From positions 32,001 to 96,000 of the forward strand of contig CAYSCM010000001.1 in NCBI GenBank assembly GCA_964429815.1: DNA of 64,000 nucleotides, given 5' to 3'. The notes beneath the pieces were generated by a model that was not told where the DNA came from, searched no databases, and worked only from the letters and a program-made list of their open reading frames with translations. Within the stretch, counting starts at the first letter, position 1; the number at the start of each line of letters is the position of its first letter. The translations under genes and the position numbers were made by a program. Positions 1-8,596 of this stretch are shown piece by piece. This DNA is from an uncultured Candidatus Saccharibacteria bacterium. GTDB lineage: Bacteria > Patescibacteriota > Minisyncoccia > Phycocordibacterales > CAYSCM01.

Positions 1-268
1 TTCCCCGCGCGCGAGCGTACGTGAGTGGGACGTTGTTGGAGCCCGAACCGTTGCGGGCAATGGTTTTGAGGTTGACCATCCGTGCAAGCGCATCGACAGT
101 GAGAATCTCGTGCCCAAGAAGAAGGGCGACGACCCTCTCAGGCTCCGCAAGTGCGCCTGGATTTCTTTCGTGAAGAACTTCGAGACCCGCATCCTTGGCG
201 AGAGTCTGGAAATCCTTTTTGCCCGCATAGGTTCCGGGCGTTACGACAAGAACATTTTCTTTCTGCAT
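1..268 (-). CDS. D-isomer-specific 2-hydroxyacid dehydrogenase family protein, N-terminal part (gene runs off left edge)
   Basis: Own translation from ATG at 268 (open at the edge, so absent from the ORF track): MQKENVLVVTPGTYAGKKDF...LKTIARNGSGSNNVPL. SD AAGGAG lies 6 nt upstream. Confidence 0.5.
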   Translation of the reverse strand, partial: MQKENVLVVTPGTYAGKKDFQTLAKDAGLEVLHERNPGALAEPERVVALLLGHEILTVDALARMVNLKTIARNGSGSNNVPLTYARARG

Positions 269-346
269 GCCCTTCTCCTTCTTTCGTGGCCAACTCATGG
301 GGCCCCTCGCAGTTGTTCGGGTTTGAGACGTGCAAAATCCTGGGCC

Positions 347-375
347 ATACTACTTACCGCTTGTCAAATAGTCAA
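347..375 (-). promoter_or_regulatory. sigma70-like promoter for the gene starting at 268
   Basis: Minus-strand TTGACT (375-370), 17-nt spacer, TAGTAT (352-347). It shares the TTGACTATT -35 context with two other promoters in the window. Confidence 0.45.
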
Positions 376-385
376 CTCCCCGATC

Positions 386-419
386 TATAAAAAGTTAAGA
401 GCGGTCCGAAGACCGCTCT
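386..419 (-). terminator. rho-independent terminator after the KdsC-like gene
   Basis: 9-bp stem AGAGCGGTC/GACCGCTCT with a 4-nt loop (398-419), followed on the minus strand by TAACTTTTTAT. Confidence 0.6.
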
Positions 420-440
420 CGTAGGGCAGAAATCCGCAGG

Positions 441-1028
441 TTAGCCGTAGGGCAGCTCAAAGGGATCCTTCTTGTGGACGACTTCGACCAGGAAGTTCGC
501 GAGGTCGCGAATCGCACCCTCGCCGCCTGGCCGGATGCTCACGAAGTGGCAAATCCTCTTGATGGCCTCCTCGCCGGAGATCGGCGCTGCCGAAAAGTGC
601 ACGGCCTTGAGCATCGCGACATCGACAAGGTCGTCGCCCATGGCCCCGCATTGATTAAGTGTTCCCCCGTGTTTGGCGAGCCATTCCTTGAGCGTCTCGA
701 GCTTCTTGGGCCCGCCGCACCCTTCGAAAAGGTCGATGGGGGGCCAGGCACCGCTTTTGCAGGAAGGGAGATTGTTCAGCCGCTCTACGAGCGCGCGGAC
801 ACCGGCTGCGTTATCATCCTTCTCGTTGGTGATGACGCACAGGCGGATGCCGAGCGCCCGCATAAGAGAGAGCCCCTGGCCGTCGTAGTACGTGCGGATT
901 TTGGGTTTGAATTTCACGCCCCCGATCTCGACGCCTTCCCACACGGTGTTTGGAAAAAGGCATCCGTCGGAATCAAACGCGAAGAAAGAGACTTCGCGGG
1001 CACGTTCGAGTACTTCGGTGGACCACAT
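441..1028 (-). CDS. KdsC/YrbI-family HAD phosphatase (sugar-acid phosphate phosphatase)
   Basis: FAFDSDGCLF (HAD motif I), VITNEKD and GDDLVD motifs. SD AGGAGG precedes MWSTEV at 1028; the ORF-track start at 1082 is probably too long. Confidence 0.7.
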   Translation of the reverse strand: MWSTEVLERAREVSFFAFDSDGCLFPNTVWEGVEIGGVKFKPKIRTYYDGQGLSLMRALGIRLCVITNEKDDNAAGVRALVERLNNLPSCKSGAWPPIDLFEGCGGPKKLETLKEWLAKHGGTLNQCGAMGDDLVDVAMLKAVHFSAAPISGEEAIKRICHFVSIRPGGEGAIRDLANFLVEVVHKKDPFELPYG

Positions 1029-1160
1029 GGTCCCTCCTGTTTGTTTGTTGGCTACTGTTTGGCCGGACGCATTCTGACACATCCATTTTATTTGTCAATA
1101 TTCTTCCAGGCTGTCTGGCAATAGAAACCCGTGCTAAGCTTCGCGAGTAACAAACGCGCT

Positions 1161-1697
1161 ATGGACCACCTTAGTCCAGAACTTAGGAAGAAATTCTCGC
1201 AGGTACAGTTTCTCGCGCTCGACTTCGACGGCATTTTCACCACGGGCCACGTGTACGTGCGCCAAGATGGAGAAGAAAGCGTTAAGTGCGACCGGCGCGA
1301 CGGCTTTGGGATTGAGCTTCTGCGCCGAGCCGGAGCCGTTAAAGCTTGCATCATCTCGCGAGAGCCAAACCCCGTCGTGACGGCGCGCGCAAAAAAGCTC
1401 CAACTCCCGGTGTGGCAAGGGATCGAGCGCGGAGGAGGAAAGCTCGAGGTACTCAAAGCTCACGTGGCCGAGCTCGGCATTGCGCTTGAGAACGTCGCAT
1501 ACATGGGGGATGACCTCATCGACATTGCGGTGCTACGAAGCGTCGGACTCCCTATCAGCGTCCCGAACGCCCATCCGAAAGCGCAGAGAGAGGCCCTCTA
1601 CGTCACCAGAGCAGGCGGCGGGGACGGAGCGATCCGTGAGGTCGCCGAGCTTCTCTTGCTAAGCAAAGGTTTCGACCTCGAGGAGCTCTCCCGTTAG
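1161..1697 (+). CDS. KdsC/YrbI-family HAD phosphatase (second, divergent paralogue)
   Basis: LALDFDGIFT, IISREPN and YMGDDLIDIAVL motifs. Divergently oriented to the 441-1028 paralogue. Confidence 0.7.
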   Translation: MDHLSPELRKKFSQVQFLALDFDGIFTTGHVYVRQDGEESVKCDRRDGFGIELLRRAGAVKACIISREPNPVVTARAKKLQLPVWQGIERGGGKLEVLKAHVAELGIALENVAYMGDDLIDIAVLRSVGLPISVPNAHPKAQREALYVTRAGGGDGAIREVAELLLLSKGFDLEELSR

Positions 1698-1737
1698 CCC
1701 AGTGACCCTTTATATGCGTGGTATGGTTATCTCACCT

Positions 1738-2454
1738 ATGAAAAACGATGTCGTGCTAGTGATCCCGGCTCGCGGTGGAAGCAAGGGAGTGCCGCGGAAA
1801 AATATCCGCCCGCTCTATGGAAAGCCCTTGGTTGCCTACACCATTGAAGCGGCGCTTTCCTCAGGAGCCATTAGCCGCGTTATTGTCTCGACCGATGATC
1901 AAGAGATTGGAGCAGTGGCAGAAAAATTTGGTGCGGAGTATCTTGACCGACCGAAAGAAATTTCCGGTGATAAGGTGACACTCGAGCCGGTGATTAAACA
2001 CGCTCTTGCGGCGCTAAAAGAAAAGGAAAACTACGTACCCACCTACATTGCCTGCATTCAGCCGACTTCCCCACTCCTTAGTGGAGATGTTATACGACGT
2101 TGTGTGGAAAAACTTACAAAAGAAAATTTTGATTCATGCATTACTGCGTTTTTGCCTGACACCTACGAATGGAAGTGGAGTCCAATCGTCAAAGACGGTA
2201 AAGAAGTCGGCTTCGAACCTGAACGACCTGTTATGAAGCGCGTGGTGCGGCAAGATTTGCCCAAGGTTTACCACGAGAACGGCGCCTTTTACGTCACCAA
2301 GACCTCACTTTTTAACGAAATCGGCCATCGCTGGGGAGGCAAGATGGCGATCGTTGAGATGACGCAGTTGAATTCTATACAAGTCGATAGCGAAGACCAA
2401 TTCTGGTTTATTGAACAGATCCTCCGCAAGCGCGAAAAAGACAACAAATCGTAG
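1738..2454 (+). CDS. acylneuraminate cytidylyltransferase family (CMP-ulosonic/nonulosonic acid synthetase)
   Basis: N-terminal VLVIPARGGSKGVPRKNIRPLYGKPLVAYTI is the NeuA/KdsB-type CTP-transferase signature. Confidence 0.8.
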   Translation: MKNDVVLVIPARGGSKGVPRKNIRPLYGKPLVAYTIEAALSSGAISRVIVSTDDQEIGAVAEKFGAEYLDRPKEISGDKVTLEPVIKHALAALKEKENYVPTYIACIQPTSPLLSGDVIRRCVEKLTKENFDSCITAFLPDTYEWKWSPIVKDGKEVGFEPERPVMKRVVRQDLPKVYHENGAFYVTKTSLFNEIGHRWGGKMAIVEMTQLNSIQVDSEDQFWFIEQILRKREKDNKS

Positions 2455-2564
2455 CCGCAGTCACTAGACAAATCATCGATTTTCTGGTCTATTGACACCA
2501 GTAACAGATCGCCCTCTAAAAATGTTTAGAGGGTAGGCTCTTTTACAGTTTACAGGAGGAACCA

Positions 2565-4307
2565 ATGACTCTCGAGCTCAGGGACTTTGTCCCGAAGAAG
2601 GCCCTCGGGCTCCATCCCGCCGACGTTGTCGCTGGGATTCCCTGGGGAGGACTCTCCGGTATGCGGGTGTGTTTCATCAACATGCCACTGCGGGAGTCCG
2701 CGAAGCCAAATACCCCGCCGCAAGGTCCCGGCCTTATGGCGGCCCGTCTTATGCAGTATGGCGCTGACGTCTCGATTATCGACCTCAACGGCTACCGTAT
2801 CGATGACGAAGAAGCGCACAAGCGCGGACTCGTCAATGGCCGACACGTCTCCCACAATGAGGCGCGTCAGCTCATCGAGGCGACTTTCCACAAGTTCGGC
2901 GAACCGCACGTGATTGGCCTTTCGGGGAAAATCACGACGTTGCGCTGGCAGGAGTGGACCGCCAAGACGTGTCGTTCGCTCGCTCCAGAGGCGTTTCTCA
3001 TCTCCGGCGGTGGGCTCGCGACCGAGTTCAAAGAAGGACTCTTCAGCTGGGTGCCGCAGCTCGACGCGGTCGGCCACTCGGAAGGCGACGACATCATGGT
3101 CGCCTGCGTGAATGACGTTCGCAAGAGCGGAGGCAAGCGCGAGCGCATGACCGACTCGCCCTACTACGTGGGCGAAATCGGCGGACGCCACCGCTTCCTC
3201 TATGCGGGCGATCGACCAAGGGACCTCGATGCGCTACCGTTTGCTGCGCTCGAACTTCTCGAAGAAGACGTCTTTGGCAATCGCATACTCGACGAGTACA
3301 TCGCGACCCCCGTATGGGGACTCGCGGCGAACAACTCGTCGGCGGCACCTTTCGAGATGAGGAAGTCTCTCACGACCGTCTCCTCTCGCGGCTGTCCGTA
3401 TGCCTGCGCGTTCTGCTTCCGTGGAGCGCAAGGCGAGCAAAAGTGGGGGATCCGCTCCCCCGAGAACCTGCGAGCCGAAGCCGAGTGGATGATTCGGAAG
3501 TATGGCGTGGATTTCATCGGGTTTCCCGATGACAACTTTGCCGTAAGCGTCAAGCGCTGCCAATCGCTTCCGGAGGCCTTTGACGGGCTCTCGTTTCGTT
3601 GGGGCACGCATACGCGCCTTGACGAATGCACGCTCGATCGGATCGTGCCCATGGCGAAAGCTGGGTGCATCTATATCGGCGTCGGTGCCGAATCGGCCTC
3701 GAAACACACCCTCTACCGCATGAAAAAGGGCGGACACATCGTCCGCAAGGACGGCGTGGAGCGTCTCACGAAATGGAACGGGTTCGAATTTCCGACAACG
3801 ATGATCGAGGGGATTCGAAATTGCCGAGACGTGGGTATCCACGTGAACGCGACCTGGATCATGGGATACCCAGGGGAAACCTTGGAGGACCTCAAGACCT
3901 CGGTTGCTTTCATTTCCTGGCAACAGGAGCACTACACCAAGGGATTGGTGCCCGGCACGCCGGAGTATCAAAATGCCTCGGCGTCGGTGAATCGACGCAT
4001 GTTCACGGCGACGTGGTATCCGGGGACCACCATGGTGGAAGCCCCCGAAGCCACGAAACCGCGGGAGCTCCTCGGCGAGCACTTCGGGATTCGTTTCGTC
4101 GAGAAAGGAAGCGGGCATGCACACAAGTTCGTCCCCGTTCCCGACGACGCAATGAAAGCCTATGTGCTGGAACTCGATGACGCGACTAAGATCCTCCACG
4201 GATCCGACGGAGCGCCCATCAACTACTCGGACATGCCGGAGGAGGTCTTCCTCGAGGCCCGTAGTCACATCGATTCGGGTCAAACGGAAAAGATCCTGTC
4301 GATGTAA
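2565..4307 (+). CDS. B12-binding-domain radical SAM enzyme
   Basis: N-terminal Rossmann-like B12-binding region (VCFINMPL...PPQGPGLMAARL) and CxxxCxxC cluster motif SSRGCPYACAFC. SD AGGAGG at 2554-2559. Confidence 0.8.
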   Translation: MTLELRDFVPKKALGLHPADVVAGIPWGGLSGMRVCFINMPLRESAKPNTPPQGPGLMAARLMQYGADVSIIDLNGYRIDDEEAHKRGLVNGRHVSHNEARQLIEATFHKFGEPHVIGLSGKITTLRWQEWTAKTCRSLAPEAFLISGGGLATEFKEGLFSWVPQLDAVGHSEGDDIMVACVNDVRKSGGKRERMTDSPYYVGEIGGRHRFLYAGDRPRDLDALPFAALELLEEDVFGNRILDEYIATPVWGLAANNSSAAPFEMRKSLTTVSSRGCPYACAFCFRGAQGEQKWGIRSPENLRAEAEWMIRKYGVDFIGFPDDNFAVSVKRCQSLPEAFDGLSFRWGTHTRLDECTLDRIVPMAKAGCIYIGVGAESASKHTLYRMKKGGHIVRKDGVERLTKWNGFEFPTTMIEGIRNCRDVGIHVNATWIMGYPGETLEDLKTSVAFISWQQEHYTKGLVPGTPEYQNASASVNRRMFTATWYPGTTMVEAPEATKPRELLGEHFGIRFVEKGSGHAHKFVPVPDDAMKAYVLELDDATKILHGSDGAPINYSDMPEEVFLEARSHIDSGQTEKILSM

Positions 4308-4325
4308 TCCAGTTCTCTCACTCAG

Positions 4326-4357
4326 GGACCGCAGCAATGCGGTCCTTTTTTATTTTT
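4326..4357 (+). terminator. rho-independent terminator
   Basis: GGACCGCA gcaa TGCGGTCC followed by TTTTTTATTTTT. Confidence 0.75.
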
Positions 4358-4431
4358 ATGGTCGTTCGCATCCTCATCCTGACCAATCATCGTGCTTTTT
4401 GATGTGAGCGTGCTTTAGGTATAGTGGAGCG

Positions 4432-5394
4432 ATGAAGATAGTACGGTGGTCCATACCCAAGCACCTCGATCTGTCGATTGAGATTTCCGGTAGAGAACAT
4501 ATGGCACAGGGAGAAAAGATGGGGTCTACGAAAGCCTTGGATGTCCTGCGCGGAATAACCTTCAGCGGCTCAGCGCCGGCGATACAGTTTGCCGATGTCG
4601 AGTCTTTATTTTCCTTTGTAGAAAAAAAATTTTTACATAAGACATTTGCGGGAGTCGGCATCGAAGTCGGCGCGGGGCCGATGATATTTAGCTCGCTCCT
4701 TACGCGCTCACGACCAAACATTCAACAGATGTATGGAATCGAACTAAGTGGCGGTATCGTAGAATTCATTGCCCCGGGAGTGGTTGATGAATTGCTGGGA
4801 CCCAAGAGTGAAAAGGTAGTCGGGGTCATCGGCAGTTTCGACGCGATGGAGCTTACAAGCGAGAGTGTCGATTTTGTTCTTGATTTTATGTCGCTTCACC
4901 ATGCGACCGACCTCGGAGAGGCGTTCGCCGAATGCTACCGGGTGCTAAAACCAGGCGGCTTCGTTGTTCTTTTTGACAAGGCTCGCCCCGATTCCTTCAC
5001 CTCTCAAGACCTGGAGGGATTGCTCAATACCGAGTACAGCGATGAAGAGAAAAAACGCTTTGGGGTGCCTTCCGGCGAACACTTTACACGCCGGATGAAC
5101 GGGGAAAAAGAATACCGGCTTAAAGATTGGTCGGCGGGGGCCTTAGAGGCCGGTTTCCCGACCCTTATGCATTGGCGACTCGCGCGCACCAACGTGCCGG
5201 GTATCTCAGGATTGTACCGACGTTTGCTTTCTCATGTGCCGCTACGCACCCAGATGGCTACTACCGCTATTGCACAAAGCGTACTGGGCAGCGGCTCAAG
5301 AGTGAAGTTTTCACAAAAAAATTTGGTGTACTCGCGGTACGTGAACCCCTTCCCCCGCGAGATCTCGCTCATGATCGCGCACAAGGCTTACTAA
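4432..5394 (+). CDS. class I SAM-dependent methyltransferase
   Basis: Motif I GIEVGAGPM and post-I VLKPGGFVVLFD. Confidence 0.65.
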   Translation: MKIVRWSIPKHLDLSIEISGREHMAQGEKMGSTKALDVLRGITFSGSAPAIQFADVESLFSFVEKKFLHKTFAGVGIEVGAGPMIFSSLLTRSRPNIQQMYGIELSGGIVEFIAPGVVDELLGPKSEKVVGVIGSFDAMELTSESVDFVLDFMSLHHATDLGEAFAECYRVLKPGGFVVLFDKARPDSFTSQDLEGLLNTEYSDEEKKRFGVPSGEHFTRRMNGEKEYRLKDWSAGALEAGFPTLMHWRLARTNVPGISGLYRRLLSHVPLRTQMATTAIAQSVLGSGSRVKFSQKNLVYSRYVNPFPREISLMIAHKAY

Positions 5395-6299
5395 CTTCTC
5401 CACGCGCTCAGGTCGCGCCCGGTAAATGCCTCGAGTTTTTGCAGTTCGGGTTCATAGCGAGCGCGGAGGGCTTCTTTGAGCTTCGGGTCGAGCGTCCCGT
5501 AGCTAGCTTCCCCGGTCCCCGCCCTCGTGTCGATGGAGCGCACTACTTTTTGGTGGAGCGGCGTTTTGCGGAAGAGGGAGAGGAGGGGCTCTCCGAATGG
5601 CAGGGCTTTGAGTAGCTTCCGCGCCCTGAGCGCGTGTCTGCGCAAGAGTGTCGCTCCGGCGGAATTTATGGTCGTGGCGAGCGAGGGCGGCACGAACGAG
5701 GCATCGACGCCGATGAAAGAAAAGATATCTCTCATATATTTTTTTGGGTCGGCACGCATATCGTCATAGAACGTAATGAGTATCTGGTCGCGGGAAAATA
5801 CCTTGAGATAATTTTCGAGGTGCTTCATATAGAAGCTCTCCTCGATAAACGACGGTTTAGTTTTAATAATTTCCTCAAGGGTTGGGAGCTCATGTGCGCC
5901 CTTTAGCTTCGTGTACATGTAGTGGGAAAAAAAGCGCTCCGTAGGGTTTCGCAATACCGCAATGATCTTCGCTTTAGGAAAATGTGTACGGAGGCGCTCC
6001 GGCACCTCGGGTGCGTGAATATAGATAGGAGTGACTTCTCCGTATACCCTCTTCCCTACACAGTGACCAAAATGTTCAAAATACCCTTCGAGAGCGCCGT
6101 TGTATTTTGTTTTCCCCACCAAATCAGTGCGCCAGAAACTTTGCGTCGTGTTAAAAAAGTTGAGCTCTTTGGGTTCGGAAACACAGACCTCGGGGTGCTC
6201 TTTGAGACATTGGTGGAGCCAGGTGGTGCCCGTCCGCTCCGGACCAATCACGAAGAAATCAATGGAAAAAGGCTTTGCTGTAGATGAAATGGTACTCAT
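5391..6299 (-). CDS. sulfotransferase family protein
   Basis: 5'-PSB-like FFVIGPERTGTTWL and 3'-PB-like LRNPTERFFSHY PAPS-binding motifs. Confidence 0.75.
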   Translation of the reverse strand: MSTISSTAKPFSIDFFVIGPERTGTTWLHQCLKEHPEVCVSEPKELNFFNTTQSFWRTDLVGKTKYNGALEGYFEHFGHCVGKRVYGEVTPIYIHAPEVPERLRTHFPKAKIIAVLRNPTERFFSHYMYTKLKGAHELPTLEEIIKTKPSFIEESFYMKHLENYLKVFSRDQILITFYDDMRADPKKYMRDIFSFIGVDASFVPPSLATTINSAGATLLRRHALRARKLLKALPFGEPLLSLFRKTPLHQKVVRSIDTRAGTGEASYGTLDPKLKEALRARYEPELQKLEAFTGRDLSAWRS

Positions 6300-6931
6300 G
6301 AGGCCGTCGGGATGGATTCCTTGTCGCGGTTTGAGAAAAACAGGTAGTCGACGATGGCGTGGAAGAAAACCGCGTGAAGCGCCTCAACGGGACCGTAGGC
6401 ACCTTTTCCTGTCTCAATGATTATCTTGTGGTGACAGAGGCTCTTCGCTTTGCCTCCGTCAAAACCAAGAACGCCTATCGCCGTGCCGCCCTTAGCGCAT
6501 ATGTACTCGATCGCGCGAAGCACATTGGGGGAATTGCCACTTGCGGAAATGACGATGAGCACATCGTCGGGACGAAAAATGTGCTTAAGCTGGTCCGCAA
6601 AAACGTTCTCGTAGCCGACATCGTTCCCGAGCGCCGTCACGGCGGCGATATTGTTGAGCGCGTGAATACGAAACGGCTTTTCTTCCGTACCACCCCCGTT
6701 CGTGGTGAGATCGGCCGCAAAGTGAGCCGCCATGGCAGCGCTCCCCCCGTTGCCGGCGATGTAGATCGTAGAGCCCCTCTCCCGGGCCTTTTGAAGCACG
6801 TCGATAATCTCCTCGACCGCTTTGGAATCTACGGCGGAAGCAAGCTCGAAGGCATGCGCAAGATACCCTTCCATAAATTCGGGTACCGATCCTTTTGTCT
6901 TTTGATAGATGGTATCGACGTGTCCTCTCAT
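6296..6931 (-). CDS. gmhA: SIS-domain sedoheptulose-7-phosphate isomerase (GmhA-like)
   Basis: IYIAGNGGSAAMAAHFAADL and VISASGNSPNVLRAIEY motifs. 4-nt overlap with the next gene. Confidence 0.7.
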   Translation of the reverse strand: MRGHVDTIYQKTKGSVPEFMEGYLAHAFELASAVDSKAVEEIIDVLQKARERGSTIYIAGNGGSAAMAAHFAADLTTNGGGTEEKPFRIHALNNIAAVTALGNDVGYENVFADQLKHIFRPDDVLIVISASGNSPNVLRAIEYICAKGGTAIGVLGFDGGKAKSLCHHKIIIETGKGAYGPVEALHAVFFHAIVDYLFFSNRDKESIPTAS

Positions 6932-7932
6932 AGCGTTGTGAGCACCCCGCGGATGAGCTTCCCTTCCTCGAGGTCTTTGAGGGCGGCTCCTATCTCGTCG
7001 AAGGAATACTCTTTCGTAAGTAACTTATCCAAGCACATGACCTTCGGGTTTTCAACGTATTCACGCGCGTAGCGAGGAATGTCGCGGTCGAGCTCGCTCT
7101 CTCCGCCCCAGGTGCCGTAAAGCTTTTTGCCCTTGATGAGCCCGAAAGGGTTGATCGATATGGTTTCCCCGGGCGCAAGGTTTCCTGCAATAACGACGGT
7201 CCCGGCGTCCTTGACCGCGCGGTAGGCGCTCTCCATGGCGCCCTTGTTTCCCGAACACTCGACGGCCACATCGAAATCCTTTCCCTGAAACTCTTCGGCA
7301 GAGATCGCTTCATCGACGCCGAGCTCCTTTTTCGCATGCGCGAGCTTCCACGGAACGACGTCGATCGCGGTAACGTGAGCACCCTTCATGACGGCTCGAA
7401 TGAGTGCACTCGCTCCGATCCCCCCGATGCCGAATATAACCACTCGTTTGCCGTTGAGGTCTCCTAGGCGGTCGATGATACCCATGCCGGTCGGCACCGC
7501 GCACCCAAGAAGTGCCGCAATCGCGGGCTCCACCCCTTTTGACACCTTGGTGACACGATTCTCTGAGACGACCGCAAGCTCGGTAAACGTCGCCACGGAG
7601 CCACCGTTTACCTTCCCTTCTTTGCTTTGATACGTCGGCACCGGAGCGGATATACCCTCTCCAAGGATCCAACTTGCAACCACATAATCTCCGCTCCTTA
7701 CTTTCTGCACGCCTTCTCCGGCCGCGACCACCTCCGCTGCGGCTTCATGTCCCAATAAGTGGGGAATATATTCCGCTCCTTTCCTGCCGCGGATTTCATT
7801 GAGTTGGCTGTGGCAAAGTCCTGTCGCTAGCACTTTAATAAGTACCTGCCCCTTTTGAAGGGAGGGAACCTCAAGCTCCTCGATGGAGAGCGGTCCACCG
7901 ACGACGCGGAGTACTGCAGCGCGCGTTTTCAT
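6928..7932 (-). CDS. zinc-type (MDR) alcohol dehydrogenase family oxidoreductase
   Basis: GLCHSQLNE, GHEAAAEVVAAGEGV and GIGGIGASAL motifs. Start MKTRAAVL at 7932 is preferred over the track start at 7998. Confidence 0.75.
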   Translation of the reverse strand: MKTRAAVLRVVGGPLSIEELEVPSLQKGQVLIKVLATGLCHSQLNEIRGRKGAEYIPHLLGHEAAAEVVAAGEGVQKVRSGDYVVASWILGEGISAPVPTYQSKEGKVNGGSVATFTELAVVSENRVTKVSKGVEPAIAALLGCAVPTGMGIIDRLGDLNGKRVVIFGIGGIGASALIRAVMKGAHVTAIDVVPWKLAHAKKELGVDEAISAEEFQGKDFDVAVECSGNKGAMESAYRAVKDAGTVVIAGNLAPGETISINPFGLIKGKKLYGTWGGESELDRDIPRYAREYVENPKVMCLDKLLTKEYSFDEIGAALKDLEEGKLIRGVLTTL

Positions 7933-7933
7933 G

Positions 7934-8587
7934 CTAGGGGATAAACCAGTAGTAGTCACCCGTGTAGCCGACCTCGGCGAAGAGTTTTTTCCAATCATCG
8001 ACAGATAGGATGGTCTTTGCAGTAAGATTCCACTTCATCATGCGATCCTTCTCTTCTTCATGGTGGTAGGCGTCGACGGTAATGAACGAGTGTTTTCCTT
8101 TCACACGCTCAATCTCTCGAAGAGCCTCTTTACACTCAGGCAGTGGTAGGTTGTGAATGGTGTTAATCGAAATCACGAGATCGTAGGATTTATCCGCAAA
8201 TTGACTAAGATTTCTTGCATCTCCAACCGATACTGCGCCCGCAATTGAGGGCATGGCATTTTCGATAGCGTAGGAGGAAACATCAATACCGCGAACCACC
8301 ATGTGGGGAAGCCAATAGAGAAAATCATTAAGCATAAATCCCTTAGCACACCCGACATCAAGTACCGAAGAGTTGTTGTTGAGTCCGTAGTAATTTATGA
8401 AATCCCGAACCACCGGTACCCACCTCCCATCATAGCGGAAGCCGCCGTAGCCCTGATCCCTGGTGCCATCAAAAAACTCCCTGCCAAACTTTCGGGCAGT
8501 AGCAACATCCTCAGGAGACTTTTGTCCTCGAGCTTCAATGTTGCGTTTGGCTTTTGGATATTTCGAAAGAAGATCGATTTCTGCCAT
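7934..8587 (-). CDS. class I SAM-dependent methyltransferase
   Basis: VLDVGCAKGFMLNDF motif I. Confidence 0.7.
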   Translation of the reverse strand: MAEIDLLSKYPKAKRNIEARGQKSPEDVATARKFGREFFDGTRDQGYGGFRYDGRWVPVVRDFINYYGLNNNSSVLDVGCAKGFMLNDFLYWLPHMVVRGIDVSSYAIENAMPSIAGAVSVGDARNLSQFADKSYDLVISINTIHNLPLPECKEALREIERVKGKHSFITVDAYHHEEEKDRMMKWNLTAKTILSVDDWKKLFAEVGYTGDYYWFIP

Positions 8588-8596
8588 AGTGGTTGG

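Noticed and set aside
2492-2533. TTGACA at 2492-2497 plus the hairpin CCCTCTAAA aatg TTTAGAGGG as a promoter or terminator between the neuA-like and radical SAM genes
   Set aside because: The best -10 candidate (TAAAAA) has a 19-nt spacer, and the hairpin lacks a proper T-run. The evidence is too weak to annotate.
3234-4337. 367-aa antisense ORF opposite the radical SAM gene. Similar long antisense ORFs include 474-1124, 2550-3191, 17202-17780, 19752-20318, 21098-21727, 42561-43304, 45040-45585 and 59690-60349.
   Set aside because: These are shadow ORFs expected in GC-rich DNA. Their products are Arg/Pro/Gly-rich low-complexity sequences, while the opposite strand encodes proteins with clear family motifs.
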